DNA of 64,000 bases, from the IMG/VR virus record IMGVR_UViG_3300034104_004920, positions 1 to 64,000 of that record. One strand, 5' to 3'. The notes under the pieces were generated by a model. That model saw nothing but the letters and a program-made list of their open reading frames with translations, made no database searches and was not told the DNA's origin. The position numbers were made by a program, and so were the translations under genes. Within the stretch, counting starts at the first letter, position 1, and each line of letters begins with the position of its first letter. Positions 44,535-54,223 of the stretch are shown here, in pieces. The stretch comes from a virus.

Positions 44535-44999
44535 ATGGACCCTATTACTGCAATAGCTATGGCGAGTACTGCATTGGGTACAATTAAAAGCGCTATTAAC
44601 ACTGGAAAGGAAATTCACGAAGTAACCAGTGAAATAGGCAAATTTTTTGGAGCCGTAACAACCGCAAGGAGTATTCCAAAAAAGAAAAAGTCTGTTTTTA
44701 AAAAGTTATTGGATAGAGGGTCCGTAGAGCAAGAAGCTCTGGAAACAATTGTCAATCAGAAAAAGCTGGAGCAGATGGAGTCTGAACTACGCGAGTTAAT
44801 CGTGTATACTTATGGTGTAGAAACCTACAGAGACATGATTATCTTGCGTAGAAAGATAAAACTGGACAGAGAGTTAGAAGAAAAGAAAGAGCTTTTGAAA
44901 AGAAAAGAACTGTTTGAAAACTATATTTATGCAGCCACCATACTTGGATGCGTAGGGGTAATAGCTTGGATAACAATCGTAATACTACAAAATATATAA
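44535..44999 (+). CDS. Hypothetical protein with C-terminal TM helix
   Basis: AAGGAG SD; MDPITAIA N-terminus; coiled coil and TM. Confidence 0.7.
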   Translation: MDPITAIAMASTALGTIKSAINTGKEIHEVTSEIGKFFGAVTTARSIPKKKKSVFKKLLDRGSVEQEALETIVNQKKLEQMESELRELIVYTYGVETYRDMIILRRKIKLDRELEEKKELLKRKELFENYIYAATILGCVGVIAWITIVILQNI

Positions 45000-45003
45000 A
45001 ATC

Positions 45004-45471
45004 ATGGAACAAGTATTGTGGATTTTAGGGTTCTTGCCCAAAGCTTTCTGGTTTCTTTTGTTGATAATCTCTTTTTTAGTGTTGTTATTGAATAGGCTTT
45101 TAAATAAAATTCCAGGATTTTATTTGTACAGTGGTTACATAAAAACCGCCTCCGTAATAGCACTGATTGTTTCATCTTGGTTTATTGGGTACAACTACAA
45201 TGAAACCAAATGGCAAACAGAAATACAGCAAACAAAACAAAAGATAGAAGTACTGGAACAAAAGAATAAAGACTTGAGTAACACACTAGAAACCCGTTCT
45301 CAAGAAAAGATTGTTGAAATACAAGAAAAAACAAGAAACGTAATAAAGTTTGTAGAAAAGCAAGTGTTCCAAGACAAAGAAGTAATTAAGTATGTAGAAA
45401 GTTGTCCAAAACTGCCAGATGCTGTATTAGAAGCACATAATAGAGCAGCTCACTTGGAGAAGCAAAAATGA
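45004..45471 (+). CDS. Inner-membrane spanin (Rz-like)
   Basis: N-terminal TM helices, periplasmic coiled coil, C-terminal Cys; precedes lipoprotein. Confidence 0.65.
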   Translation: MEQVLWILGFLPKAFWFLLLIISFLVLLLNRLLNKIPGFYLYSGYIKTASVIALIVSSWFIGYNYNETKWQTEIQQTKQKIEVLEQKNKDLSNTLETRSQEKIVEIQEKTRNVIKFVEKQVFQDKEVIKYVESCPKLPDAVLEAHNRAAHLEKQK

Positions 45472-45725
45472 AAATTTTTGTAGGTTTAGTACTGAGTTTG
45501 TTATTAACCGGCTGTTGGAAAACTATTCCCACTTTTCCAACACCTCCGCCTTCAGCCATGGAAAGTTGCCCCGTTTTAGAAAAAGCAAATGACGCAGATT
45601 TAGAGTCTTTTATTAAAACAGTAATAAAAAACTATGAGTCTTATTATTTGTGTAAAAATAAAACAGATACTTGGATAAAGTGGTATAGTGATACTTCAAA
45701 AAACTATAAGGAATCTATTAAATGA
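45468..45725 (+). CDS. Outer-membrane lipoprotein spanin (Rz1-like)
   Basis: Lipobox LLTGC, Pro-rich segment, Cys residues. Confidence 0.75.
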   Translation: MKIFVGLVLSLLLTGCWKTIPTFPTPPPSAMESCPVLEKANDADLESFIKTVIKNYESYYLCKNKTDTWIKWYSDTSKNYKESIK

Positions 45726-46333
45726 TTTCAGAAGATAAATTAAAGGAATTGATTCCTAAAAACAAATATGTCCCTCAGTGGTCAAAAGCTTTGAATTTAA
45801 TACTTCCAGACTATGAGATTAATAGTACACTGAGAATTGCTGCATTTTTAGCACAGTGTATTCATGAAAGTGGTGGTTTTATTTTCTTAACAGAAAACCT
45901 AAACTACAAGGCTGAAAGTTTAATGAGAGTATGGCCACGTCATTTCCCTACTTTAGAAATTGCAAAAAGCTATGAGCGTAATCCACAAAAGATTGCAAAT
46001 AAGGCGTACGCAAACAGAATGGGTAATGGGGATGAAAACAGTGGCGACGGTTGGCGATACTGCGGACGCGGGTTAATTCAATTAACTGGTAAATCAAACT
46101 ATCAAGCATTTGCAGACTCAATTGAAACATCACTACAAGATATTCCAGAATACCTTCAGACATTCGAAGGGGCGGTTCAAAGTGCTTGCTGGTTCTGGGA
46201 AACAAATAACTTGAATGTGTTAGCTGACAAAAAAGATATTTTGGGATTAACTAAAAAGATCAATGGCGGAACTATTGGACTAGATGATAGAATAAAACAC
46301 TACGAACATGCACTCCATGTTTTAGGAGGCTAA
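45722..46333 (+). CDS. Endolysin, glycoside hydrolase family 19
   Basis: AAFLAQ..HES, ENLNY, GRGLIQLTGKSNY, SACWFW, INGG..GL.DR. Confidence 0.95.
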   Translation: MISEDKLKELIPKNKYVPQWSKALNLILPDYEINSTLRIAAFLAQCIHESGGFIFLTENLNYKAESLMRVWPRHFPTLEIAKSYERNPQKIANKAYANRMGNGDENSGDGWRYCGRGLIQLTGKSNYQAFADSIETSLQDIPEYLQTFEGAVQSACWFWETNNLNVLADKKDILGLTKKINGGTIGLDDRIKHYEHALHVLGG

Positions 46334-46335
46334 TA

Positions 46336-46635
46336 ATGTTAAATGACAAAAAATTGTTTTTGGGATTATTGGCACTATTAATAATTCCTATCACGGCATC
46401 CTTTATAATGTTTGGAAAAGATCATTTTAGATATCAATGTCAGGATCCAAAAAATTGGAGCTCAGAACAGTGTAAGCCGCCTATATGTGATGTTACGCGC
46501 TCTTGCCCAGAACACGTATTTAAAGGTCAAAGAGATCCGCGATTAGGGCCACCACCACCAGCCGTATTTACCGCACAGCCCCCAAGCTGTCCTAGTAGTT
46601 GTGTTGCAGGAGCACAAGATGGAAAACAAAAATAA
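46336..46635 (+). CDS. Membrane-anchored Cys-rich protein
   Basis: N-terminal TM, FRYQCQDP.NW....C.PP.C.....CP. Confidence 0.7.
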   Translation: MLNDKKLFLGLLALLIIPITASFIMFGKDHFRYQCQDPKNWSSEQCKPPICDVTRSCPEHVFKGQRDPRLGPPPPAVFTAQPPSCPSSCVAGAQDGKQK

Positions 46636-47035
46636 TTTTATGTACACAGAAGAACAACTCATGGCAAGATTAAAGTTTTTTATAGGTGTATGTCTTGCAC
46701 TAACACTGTTCGGAATTGTGTTTGTGGTACTGTACAGCATTATATTTGTTGCTCAACCATTGAATGCAATAAGTCCAATAGATCAAAAGTTCTTTGAATT
46801 GATTGTTCCTATCGCAACTTTTTTGACTGGTACATTGAGCGGTATTATGTTGGCTGGTAATAAAAAAGAAGATCAAGAAGCAATGTTGAGTGCTCAAAAA
46901 CTGGCAAACGACAACTTTGCAGAAACAAAAAAGACTATTGCACGAGTTCATGAAGAAAAAAAGGAACCGGCTTTAGGTCTTCCACAACCACAAGTGTTAA
47001 AAGCCCCAGTTCAACCACCACATCCGGAGATTTAA
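46619..47035 (+). CDS. Two-TM membrane protein, holin candidate
   Basis: Two hydrophobic helices, charged C-terminus, beside the endolysin; CAGGAG SD. Confidence 0.55.
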   Translation: MENKNNFMYTEEQLMARLKFFIGVCLALTLFGIVFVVLYSIIFVAQPLNAISPIDQKFFELIVPIATFLTGTLSGIMLAGNKKEDQEAMLSAQKLANDNFAETKKTIARVHEEKKEPALGLPQPQVLKAPVQPPHPEI

Positions 47036-47036
47036 A

Positions 47037-47234
47037 ATGAAAAAAGTTTTTGCACTGTTAGTTTCCTTTAGTTTGTTGATGCCGGTATATGCGGCAGAAA
47101 CAAAAGAAGTATGCAAGCCCAAGATGACAAAAGATAACAAAGAGGTTTTGGATAAAAATAAGAAACCTGTTATGGACTGCAAAAAAATAAAAGTTCATAA
47201 AAAGCATGAAGGAACTCCTGTACCTTCAAAATAA
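47037..47234 (+). CDS. Small secreted Lys-rich protein
   Basis: Signal peptide ending VYA-A; two Cys. Confidence 0.65.
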   Translation: MKKVFALLVSFSLLMPVYAAETKEVCKPKMTKDNKEVLDKNKKPVMDCKKIKVHKKHEGTPVPSK

Positions 47235-47257
47235 TCTTTAACTAACCAAGGAATAGC

Positions 47258-47944
47258 ATGGCAGTATCAAGTGGTAAAAAAGCTAGAAAAGCTCATAACT
47301 CGGAAGACTCTTTTTTTGCAACAGAATTTAAAGAAGTCAAACCACTTAATTATATCCAAGAAACATATTTAGATGCTATAAAACATAACGATATAGTGTT
47401 TGGTGTAGGTAGTGCAGGTACTGGCAAAACCTACATTGCTGCAAATTACGCAGCACATGAACTGTATCACAGAAACATAGAAAAAGTAATACTAACACGT
47501 CCAAATATTGAAACTGGCAAAGGTCTTGGATTTTTGCCGGGTACATTGGAGGAAAAATATCAGCCGTACTTAGAACCATTTGATTCAATATTTTCTAGAT
47601 CTCTTGGCAAAGGATTTTATGAATACTGCTTGAAGAACAAAAGCATTGAGCCGCGTCCATTAGGCTTTATGAGAGGCACTACGTTTGAAAACTGTGTTGT
47701 TTTAGTCGACGAGGCTCAAAACTGCACAAAGACCGAACTAAAAATGCTATTGACAAGAGCTGGTAGAAATTGTAAAATAATAGTTTCAGGAGACACCGAT
47801 CAGTGTGATATTGAAAACAGTGGTCTGCAAGACGCAGTAAACCGCCTGAGTCACATAGAAGGAATAGAAGTAGTTCGCTTCTTAGACTCTGACATTGTTC
47901 GTAGCAGACTTTGTAAGAATATAATTATGGCTTATAGGAATTAA
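47258..47944 (+). CDS. phoH: PhoH-family ATPase
   Basis: GSAGTGKT, LGFLPG, FMRG.TF, DEAQN, GD..Q.D, DIVRS. Confidence 0.95.
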   Translation: MAVSSGKKARKAHNSEDSFFATEFKEVKPLNYIQETYLDAIKHNDIVFGVGSAGTGKTYIAANYAAHELYHRNIEKVILTRPNIETGKGLGFLPGTLEEKYQPYLEPFDSIFSRSLGKGFYEYCLKNKSIEPRPLGFMRGTTFENCVVLVDEAQNCTKTELKMLLTRAGRNCKIIVSGDTDQCDIENSGLQDAVNRLSHIEGIEVVRFLDSDIVRSRLCKNIIMAYRN

Positions 47945-47945
47945 A

Positions 47946-48716
47946 ATGGAAGAACTAAAAAGTTGCCCTGTTGGTACACTGTACTCAGAGGTAAATCTAC
48001 AAAATCATATTTTTGCGTTAGAACTTGGTGAGTACGGACCAGCAGACCCTCGTCAGCCCAATACAGAGTTTTGGCAAAACAAAATGAAAATCTGGGACGT
48101 AAATGAGGGCACCGCAATAATGAGAGTTTGCACCAGCTGTCATTTTGCAGATAAAACTGCAGAAATGCAAGACTGCATTATTGAAGGACCGGGCGGCGAG
48201 TTCAAAGAAAGCGATCTTCCATTGAACCCTGTTTGGGCAGAGATTGATGGATTACCGTACTACTACTGTACCAGATGGAACATGACAATCAATCCACTGC
48301 GTACATGCAACGGTTGGCAACCAGAAGACTGGGAGCCCGACGAAGACGAAGACGAGGAACACTCTAAAAACTACGTCGAAAAAGCACTTACTTACAAACC
48401 TACAACCGGAATGGCAAGTGCAGCGCGCAGAGCATTAAAGTGGAAAGACGAAGGTCAGCGTGGAGGTACACGAGTAGGATTGGCACGAGCTAATCAGCTT
48501 GTGCGCCGTGAAAACCTGAGTGAGAGTACTGTGTTACGTATGTATTCTTTCTTTAGTCGACACGCTGTTGACAAACAAGCAACAGGATTTAGTAGTGGCG
48601 AAGAAGGTTTTCCTAGCCCTGGCCGAGTTGCGTGGGACTTGTGGGGTGGTGACGCTGGCGAGAGTTGGAGCAAAGCCAAGCGTGATCAAATCATGAGAAG
48701 ACGAGAAAGCAAGTAA
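47946..48716 (+). CDS. Two-domain hypothetical protein (Cys-rich N-terminus; conserved phage C-terminal domain)
   Basis: CxxC and other Cys, acidic linker, then GGT.VG.ARA.QL...RM.SFF.RH...P.PG.VAW.LWGG. Confidence 0.7.
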   Translation: MEELKSCPVGTLYSEVNLQNHIFALELGEYGPADPRQPNTEFWQNKMKIWDVNEGTAIMRVCTSCHFADKTAEMQDCIIEGPGGEFKESDLPLNPVWAEIDGLPYYYCTRWNMTINPLRTCNGWQPEDWEPDEDEDEEHSKNYVEKALTYKPTTGMASAARRALKWKDEGQRGGTRVGLARANQLVRRENLSESTVLRMYSFFSRHAVDKQATGFSSGEEGFPSPGRVAWDLWGGDAGESWSKAKRDQIMRRRESK

Positions 48717-48719
48717 ATA

Positions 48720-48758
48720 AAAAAGCCCGCTTAGTATTATCTAAGCGGGCTTTTTGTT
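48720..48758. terminator. Bidirectional terminator between late (+) and replication-side (-) transcription
   Basis: AAAAAGCCCGCTTAG...CTAAGCGGGCTTTTT. Confidence 0.9.
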
Positions 48759-48968
48759 TTAGTCGTCGTGTTCGTGAACAAGGTGTTTGTAGTGTTTCAT
48801 TGTTAACACAGCACCCTTCTTTTCTTCTGTTAAACGCACAATCTTTTCCATCAATTCGTGCAAGTCTTCGTCTGTTGCATCTGTTGCGTATTCCATAAGC
48901 CGTAGCAGCAGTGGAATATTTAGTTTAACAACATCTTCTGTATCCTGACGTACAATAAATAGCATCAT
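48759..48968 (-). CDS. Small hypothetical protein
   Basis: D.V.L.IPLL.RLMEYA......DLH; last gene of minus operon. Confidence 0.6.
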   Translation of the reverse strand: MMLFIVRQDTEDVVKLNIPLLLRLMEYATDATDEDLHELMEKIVRLTEEKKGAVLTMKHYKHLVHEHDD

Positions 48969-48984
48969 GATATTCTGCTTTCCA

Positions 48985-49389
48985 TTAAACTGCGTTCCAA
49001 TTTGTTCCATTAAATACTAATGTAACACTACCGTCTGTTGCTGCTAAAATTGTATAGCTTGCTGCATTTTCAATCGTTTCTGCTCCGTTTGGAACAATGG
49101 TGATGTCACTTGTTTGGCCGGCTTCTGATTTGATTACAACTGTTCTGCCGTTAGTGCCTGCAGTTAGGTTGATCGTAACACCGCCTCCAGCCCCCTGCAC
49201 GCCCAAATAATAATTTGGAGTAGTACCAGCACTGTCTAATGTATAGGGACTGGCTGCATCAGTAACTGTGTAAACATTAACAGTGTCGTTTCCTACACCA
49301 GAAATAACACCGTTGGTTACACTGATATTTGTTCCAACTTTAACTACACCGTAGCCTGTAGTTGAGGCTAATGGACTATTGAATGCCAT
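48985..49389 (-). CDS. Small beta-rich fibre-like protein
   Basis: YGVVKVG.NI.V.NG.IS N-terminus; TI.L...G....IK...ITI..G.ETI...W domain shared with neighbours. Confidence 0.65.
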   Translation of the reverse strand: MAFNSPLASTTGYGVVKVGTNISVTNGVISGVGNDTVNVYTVTDAASPYTLDSAGTTPNYYLGVQGAGGGVTINLTAGTNGRTVVIKSEAGQTSDITIVPNGAETIENAASYTILAATDGSVTLVFNGTNWNAV

Positions 49390-49406
49390 GATTTTTTCCT
49401 TTAAAG

Positions 49407-49712
49407 TTATCCTGCTATTGTTTTCCAGTTAATGCCGTCATATAATAACAACAATCGGCCGAATTGGGTGTTTATAATAGCAAATGCTGCACCATCAATG
49501 GTCTTGCCACCAGGTGCTGTGATTGTAATTGGGTTGACTTTGGAATTGCCCGAAAAATCTTTAACGTAATAACTTCTGCCCTTTTTATCGCCAGAAACTG
49601 CTGGTAGTATTATGGACGAACTTGTGGCTACATTACTCAGTATTACCTCGTCATCGGTAGTGATGGTATAAGGAGTTGTGGTAATTATTTTGGTGTCATA
49701 ATTTATGGCCAT
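49407..49712 (-). CDS. Small beta-rich protein, paralogous domain
   Basis: ILP...G..Y.VKD.SG....NPITI...G.TIDG...L.YDG.NW. Confidence 0.65.
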   Translation of the reverse strand: MAINYDTKIITTTPYTITTDDEVILSNVATSSSIILPAVSGDKKGRSYYVKDFSGNSKVNPITITAPGGKTIDGAAFAIINTQFGRLLLLYDGINWKTIAG

Positions 49713-49713
49713 T

Positions 49714-50274
49714 TTAGTCTATCCTTGTTACCGTGACTTTGGCAGCATAACCAGTTGGTCGTGTTGGATTAACCTGTGTAGCAATAGGAGAAAAACCGGT
49801 TGTTATATCAGGACTACTCCAGCACATTTGAATATTATCACCAGCTGCTAGTGCTAGTGTAAAATTACCACTTAAAAATACAATAGATAACACGTTGGTT
49901 AGTTGTAGCTCTTGAGTACTACCAACCACATCTACACCGTTTTTTCTTAACCAAATACTAAGCGTTGCAGTTCCACCGCTGGTTTTTGTAGTGATCAAAT
50001 CAAATATTTGAGTGTATGTTCCAGCATTGCTGACAACAATACTGTTGCCACCACCACCAATGCTAACACCATTTGAAGGACCCAAAGTATCAAAGGTCAC
50101 GATGTTGATTGCATTAGCAACTGGATTGGACTGAGGTGTGCTGCTGTTAATAAAACCGTAATTGTTAGACCCTGCAGCTCCAGCACTGATTATTCCATTT
50201 GTTACACTTATGCCACTTCCTACTTTTACAACTCCATAGTCTGTGGCACTAGCTATATTCTGATTGTAGCTCAT
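49714..50274 (-). CDS. C1q/BclA-C-like domain protein
   Basis: YGVVKVG N-terminus; VTFD, AGTY, WLRKNG, L.L.AGD.I pattern. Confidence 0.55.
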   Translation of the reverse strand: MSYNQNIASATDYGVVKVGSGISVTNGIISAGAAGSNNYGFINSSTPQSNPVANAINIVTFDTLGPSNGVSIGGGGNSIVVSNAGTYTQIFDLITTKTSGGTATLSIWLRKNGVDVVGSTQELQLTNVLSIVFLSGNFTLALAAGDNIQMCWSSPDITTGFSPIATQVNPTRPTGYAAKVTVTRID

Positions 50275-50774
50275 ACCACGTTCCATTCTATTCCGTTGTA
50301 GATTAAACTAATAGATCCCCAGTCTGTATTTAGAGTATAACTTGGTTGAATATCTATTGTTGAGGACGTTGCAGTTATTGTAATAGGATTTGTATTTGCA
50401 GCTCCAACACTGTCTTTTATAACAAACACTTTGCCTAAAGTACCTGCAGGTAGGTTTATTGTAACTGCACCATCATAAATAACGCCTAAAAAGTATTCAT
50501 CAACAGTGGCGTTGTATGTGGGGTCGTCTATTAAAGTAACAGGAACGTTTGCAAGTGTGCCTGGTGGACCCTGTGGACCGGCCGGACCTTGCGGGCCAAC
50601 TGGTCCTTGAGGACCAGGCGGGCCGGGCGGGCCTGGTTGACCAACAATACTACTGTTAATAAAAATATCAGAATCATCAATCAGTGGTAGTGGAGGACAC
50701 GGCAGCGGCATCAATGGAGGCGGGGGCAACATATACCAAGACGGCATAAATCCTTGACGTTGATTTTGTTGCAT
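50271..50774 (-). CDS. Short collagen-like protein with Pro-rich N-terminus and paralogous beta domain
   Basis: [28 protein letters not shown]; C-terminal domain like 49407-49712. Confidence 0.8.
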   Translation of the reverse strand: MQQNQRQGFMPSWYMLPPPPLMPLPCPPLPLIDDSDIFINSSIVGQPGPPGPPGPQGPVGPQGPAGPQGPPGTLANVPVTLIDDPTYNATVDEYFLGVIYDGAVTINLPAGTLGKVFVIKDSVGAANTNPITITATSSTIDIQPSYTLNTDWGSISLIYNGIEWNVV

Positions 50775-50791
50775 AATTATACCTACAATAA

Positions 50792-50826
50792 AAAATCCCC
50801 CACAGATCGTGGCTGAGGGGGATTTT
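50792..50826 (-). terminator. Probable terminator/attenuator
   Basis: AAAATCCCC...GGGGATTTT stem with A-tract on the + strand. Confidence 0.55.
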
Positions 50827-50835
50827 CAACAAATA

Positions 50836-51723
50836 TTAGCGGATGTTAGTATTTGTGTTTGTTGGGTTGGCGGTTAGTGTGCCGCTTCCAACGTTGATTG
50901 CTTCGTTGTTTGAACGAATGTTTTGAGCTAGACCCCACAACACATTGTAGAGCTGACCCCACTGTTGCTGCTGCTGCTGCTGTTGCTGCATCTGGTTGAT
51001 GTTGTTTGTTGTTGTAACTTCAACACCACGAGTTGCTGAGCTTGTGTCAAGCTTTGCCTGTAGAGCAATAACTGCTGCATTAGCATCACTTAGCTGGCGA
51101 TTTAGCGTGGCCTCATACTGTTGTGTGATTAGAGCACGAGTCTTTTCTCCGTCACTACTAATATCTTTACTCAGCTCATAACGGTTTTCCATTACTTGTT
51201 GCTGTAGACCATTTAATTGCTGGGCCAGTACCATTGTGCCAGAGCTAACATTGTCCTTTACGCCTTGGATGGCGATTAGATTAGCGCTCGTGGCCGCATT
51301 AACTGCATTAGTTAGTTGACCTGTTTGTGTAGCATTAGAGGTCTCCGTAGTAGCTGTACCAAGAGCAACTGAACGGTTTATATCGCCAAGTGCTTGCATG
51401 ATACTCATATTGGCTTGACTCTGTTCAGGCGGGCTTCTTAGAGCTGCACCTTCTGCACCATTTCCGAAAAGATTTCCGTTGTTGCGTAGAAGGCTTCCGA
51501 GGATAAGACCGCCAATTAGTCCGCCTCCGCCAGCGCCGAAAAGACCGTCGCCACCACCGCCACCCATAATCATACTTGGAGTTAATACTTCTGCCATTTC
51601 ATTTTCCTTTTCAGTAATTTTATCAGCCAGTTTCTTGTAATAACGCTTAGCTGATTCTTCTAATTTTCTTACATCTGCTGCTATGCTGTCCATAGTAGCA
51701 GGTACAACTGCTTCTTCTGCCAT
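50836..51723 (-). CDS. Gly-rich/TM, coiled-coil, poly-Q protein (second in-frame start at 51597)
   Basis: GGGGLIGGLILGSLL, DGEKTRALI, Q-run, NTNTNIR; two AAGGAAAAT SD sites. Confidence 0.7.
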   Translation of the reverse strand: MAEEAVVPATMDSIAADVRKLEESAKRYYKKLADKITEKENEMAEVLTPSMIMGGGGGDGLFGAGGGGLIGGLILGSLLRNNGNLFGNGAEGAALRSPPEQSQANMSIMQALGDINRSVALGTATTETSNATQTGQLTNAVNAATSANLIAIQGVKDNVSSGTMVLAQQLNGLQQQVMENRYELSKDISSDGEKTRALITQQYEATLNRQLSDANAAVIALQAKLDTSSATRGVEVTTTNNINQMQQQQQQQQQWGQLYNVLWGLAQNIRSNNEAINVGSGTLTANPTNTNTNIR

Positions 51724-51802
51724 ATTTTCCTTCCTTTGTAAGTTTTGCAGGAAGTTCGTTTTGTTGATTTTTATATTTGTTATTTTACCACCAACTTTTA
51801 GT

Positions 51803-51831
51803 ATTATACTATTTTTGCTGGTAAAAAACAA
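51803..51831 (-). promoter_or_regulatory. Promoter of the 48.8-51.7 kb operon
   Basis: TTGTTT-N17-TATAAT on minus strand. Confidence 0.55.
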
Positions 51832-51852
51832 TATGTAATTTTTTATGACAAT

Positions 51853-51887
51853 AAAAAAAGCCTGCTAAATTTTTAGCAGGCTTTTTT
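51853..51887 (-). terminator. Terminator after RNR
   Basis: AAAAAAAGCCTGCTAAA/TTTAGCAGGCTTTTTT. Confidence 0.85.
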
Positions 51888-51888
51888 G

Positions 51889-53913
51889 TTAACGTATTGG
51901 ACAAGCGCCAGTACTGCAGTCTTGATCTAGCAATTCATCGAAACTATTGCTGGTTTCGATATCTACTGGTAACAACTTACGAACATATTCTTCATATGCT
52001 TCTTTGGTTGTTACTTCTTGAGGCAGATAAGGATACCCTAAATCTTTAGCAGTCTTGCTTGGATCGTTACGGAATAAGAAACTTACGGCAACATAACTAT
52101 CCCAGTTTTGGTATAGCCAGTTTACGATTTCTTCTGTTTCATCCACGCTGTAAGAAATTGTACAGCTCACATTTTGTTGACAGTAATTGTCCATCAACAT
52201 CTTGTAAACCTCTAACTGCTGAACAGCTGAGTCTAGGTTTACTTCTTTGTTGTCGACTACATCAAACTCTACTCCGTCGTTTTTAACTGGAAATGTAATC
52301 AGTGTAGCACTGTCGTCGTAGGGATGGTTGAAAACATTATAGTTTGCACTACGTAGCTTTTCCACTAGTGGATCGTACTTTGAAAAAGCAACATTGTTGA
52401 AAATGTACTTTCCAAGTGGCTTGTGCATTCCTTCCAGTGAATCATAGCACTTTGATTGTGTACCTTCTGGCTTCAAAGCTGTGATATTCTTTGGATAGGA
52501 CAAGTCCAGTTCTTTAGCCATTTCGTACGCAGCGGCTGTAACAACACGCTCTAAACGTCGATAGTCATAAGCCTTCATGTCATTGCGACCGGCTACACCC
52601 ATCAAGCTAACACCACACAGCCGCAGGTGTTCGTTGTTTAAGTGCCAGCTTTCTTGTAGGATACCGTCTCTGAAATCTACAACAGTCTGACGGTAATTGG
52701 CGCGAGCAATAATTTTTGCTGCACGCAATAACCCCAAGTTGTCGTTTTTGAACTTCAACACATCAATACTGACCAGGTTGCAGAAGCCCTTATTTGGCAA
52801 CAAGATCTCTGCACAAGGATTCATTCCAACTGCCCAAGGTGCACGAGCACGAAGTTGTTGGCCGTTGATTAGTCCAGGCTCACCATTACCACCCTTGTTG
52901 ATCTTTTCAAACCAAGCAGTTAGTTCTTCGTAGCTGGGCTTTTTCCAGAAAATAATAGAATTATTACTCTGTGCACGATGGTTATTGCCGTTTTCCCAAA
53001 TGTTGTACTTTGCTTCTGCAAAGTCGTAGATCACTGGACTGTGATCATCCAACACAGCAATCTGTGCGCTCCGACGAGTGCTCAACACAGTACCCAACAG
53101 ATTTACAATGTCTAAGATGTCGATTTCTGATAGTAATGAATCTGCCTTTGCATTTAAGATTTCATAGACCTTTGTGTAGGCTTTTGTCAAACCAACATCG
53201 CCCTGACTCAACCAGCCGTAGTTCTTTAAACGAACGCCAGGCTTGCGAATCTGTGAAAAGTCCAACACCAGCTTTTGGGCTGCAAACTTGCCGGCCAACA
53301 GTTTGCCAATACTCTTGGCCCATGCCTCAGCTGAGTCTCCGATTCTAATGGTCCAGGTCTTGGTAGTATTGTCCCAAGTCTCTGTATTGGTTTCGATTCC
53401 TTTATCGGTAGAATTATTACTGCGTACAATCTCCAGTTCTGGAATGTACTTTCGGAATCCGGTTAAGGAACCGCTAACAGGACGGAAGCCTACTCCACAG
53501 CCCTGCAGTAGCAGCCAGAACACATCTACTACGTCGTATACAGTTTCCACATTTGTAAAGCTGCAATTAAACATACTGGCTTCACGACGACGAGCAATGT
53601 CTGTTCCACCCAACCACAGGGTACGACCCGCAACCGCTACCTTGCGATCGTGCAGTAGTGCCTTCAACTCTTGTAGTTCCGATTCTTCTTTTTCACTTAA
53701 AGCCACCCAGTCTTTTGACTCGCGTACAATGTTGTGAAGTGCAACGTCTGGAATTAGGTTGTGTGTTTTTGCTCGTTCCCACAAAAACCGTTGATGATTT
53801 ACAACTCGTTCAACAGTTTGAGCCCAAGTCTCAAAAACTGTTCCCTCGTCGTTCAATGGACGGTTGTAGGTTCGTCGTGTAATTACTTGTGCTCTTGTAC
53901 TAGGATTATTCAT
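51889..53913 (-). CDS. nrdJ: Class II (adenosylcobalamin-dependent) ribonucleotide reductase
   Basis: RRTYNRP, GRTLW.GG, FNCSF, GCGVGF, NPCAEI, KPEGT.S, C-terminal C..GACPIR; no NrdB nearby. Confidence 0.9.
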   Translation of the reverse strand: MNNPSTRAQVITRRTYNRPLNDEGTVFETWAQTVERVVNHQRFLWERAKTHNLIPDVALHNIVRESKDWVALSEKEESELQELKALLHDRKVAVAGRTLWLGGTDIARRREASMFNCSFTNVETVYDVVDVFWLLLQGCGVGFRPVSGSLTGFRKYIPELEIVRSNNSTDKGIETNTETWDNTTKTWTIRIGDSAEAWAKSIGKLLAGKFAAQKLVLDFSQIRKPGVRLKNYGWLSQGDVGLTKAYTKVYEILNAKADSLLSEIDILDIVNLLGTVLSTRRSAQIAVLDDHSPVIYDFAEAKYNIWENGNNHRAQSNNSIIFWKKPSYEELTAWFEKINKGGNGEPGLINGQQLRARAPWAVGMNPCAEILLPNKGFCNLVSIDVLKFKNDNLGLLRAAKIIARANYRQTVVDFRDGILQESWHLNNEHLRLCGVSLMGVAGRNDMKAYDYRRLERVVTAAAYEMAKELDLSYPKNITALKPEGTQSKCYDSLEGMHKPLGKYIFNNVAFSKYDPLVEKLRSANYNVFNHPYDDSATLITFPVKNDGVEFDVVDNKEVNLDSAVQQLEVYKMLMDNYCQQNVSCTISYSVDETEEIVNWLYQNWDSYVAVSFLFRNDPSKTAKDLGYPYLPQEVTTKEAYEEYVRKLLPVDIETSNSFDELLDQDCSTGACPIR

Positions 53914-54223
53914 TTCTTGGTTTCCACAATTTGCTAAATTTTAATACATTTGGTACGTCTTGTCTTGGACACACCACAATACAGCTTTTGACACCATCTA
54001 GTGTTTTGCTTTCATGTGCTAAATACACCAGTTCTAAAGCTGCGATCTTCTCAAATTCTTTTTTGTTTACTCTTACAACACACTTTTTAAAGGAATTGTT
54101 TAGCCACAGATTGTAGTCTAGTATGTCCTTAAAAAGTAAATGCGCACCCAATACTGAGTGCGCAACAAGAGTCGGTGTTATAAAGTCTGGTACATCTTCT
54201 AACACCGCTATGTACAGTTTCAT
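53906..54223 (-). CDS. Peptidyl-tRNA hydrolase 2-like phage protein
   Basis: KLYIAV, LVAH, W...SFKKCVVRV, PR; family assignment from memory. Confidence 0.6.
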   Translation of the reverse strand: MKLYIAVLEDVPDFITPTLVAHSVLGAHLLFKDILDYNLWLNNSFKKCVVRVNKKEFEKIAALELVYLAHESKTLDGVKSCIVVCPRQDVPNVLKFSKLWKPRNE

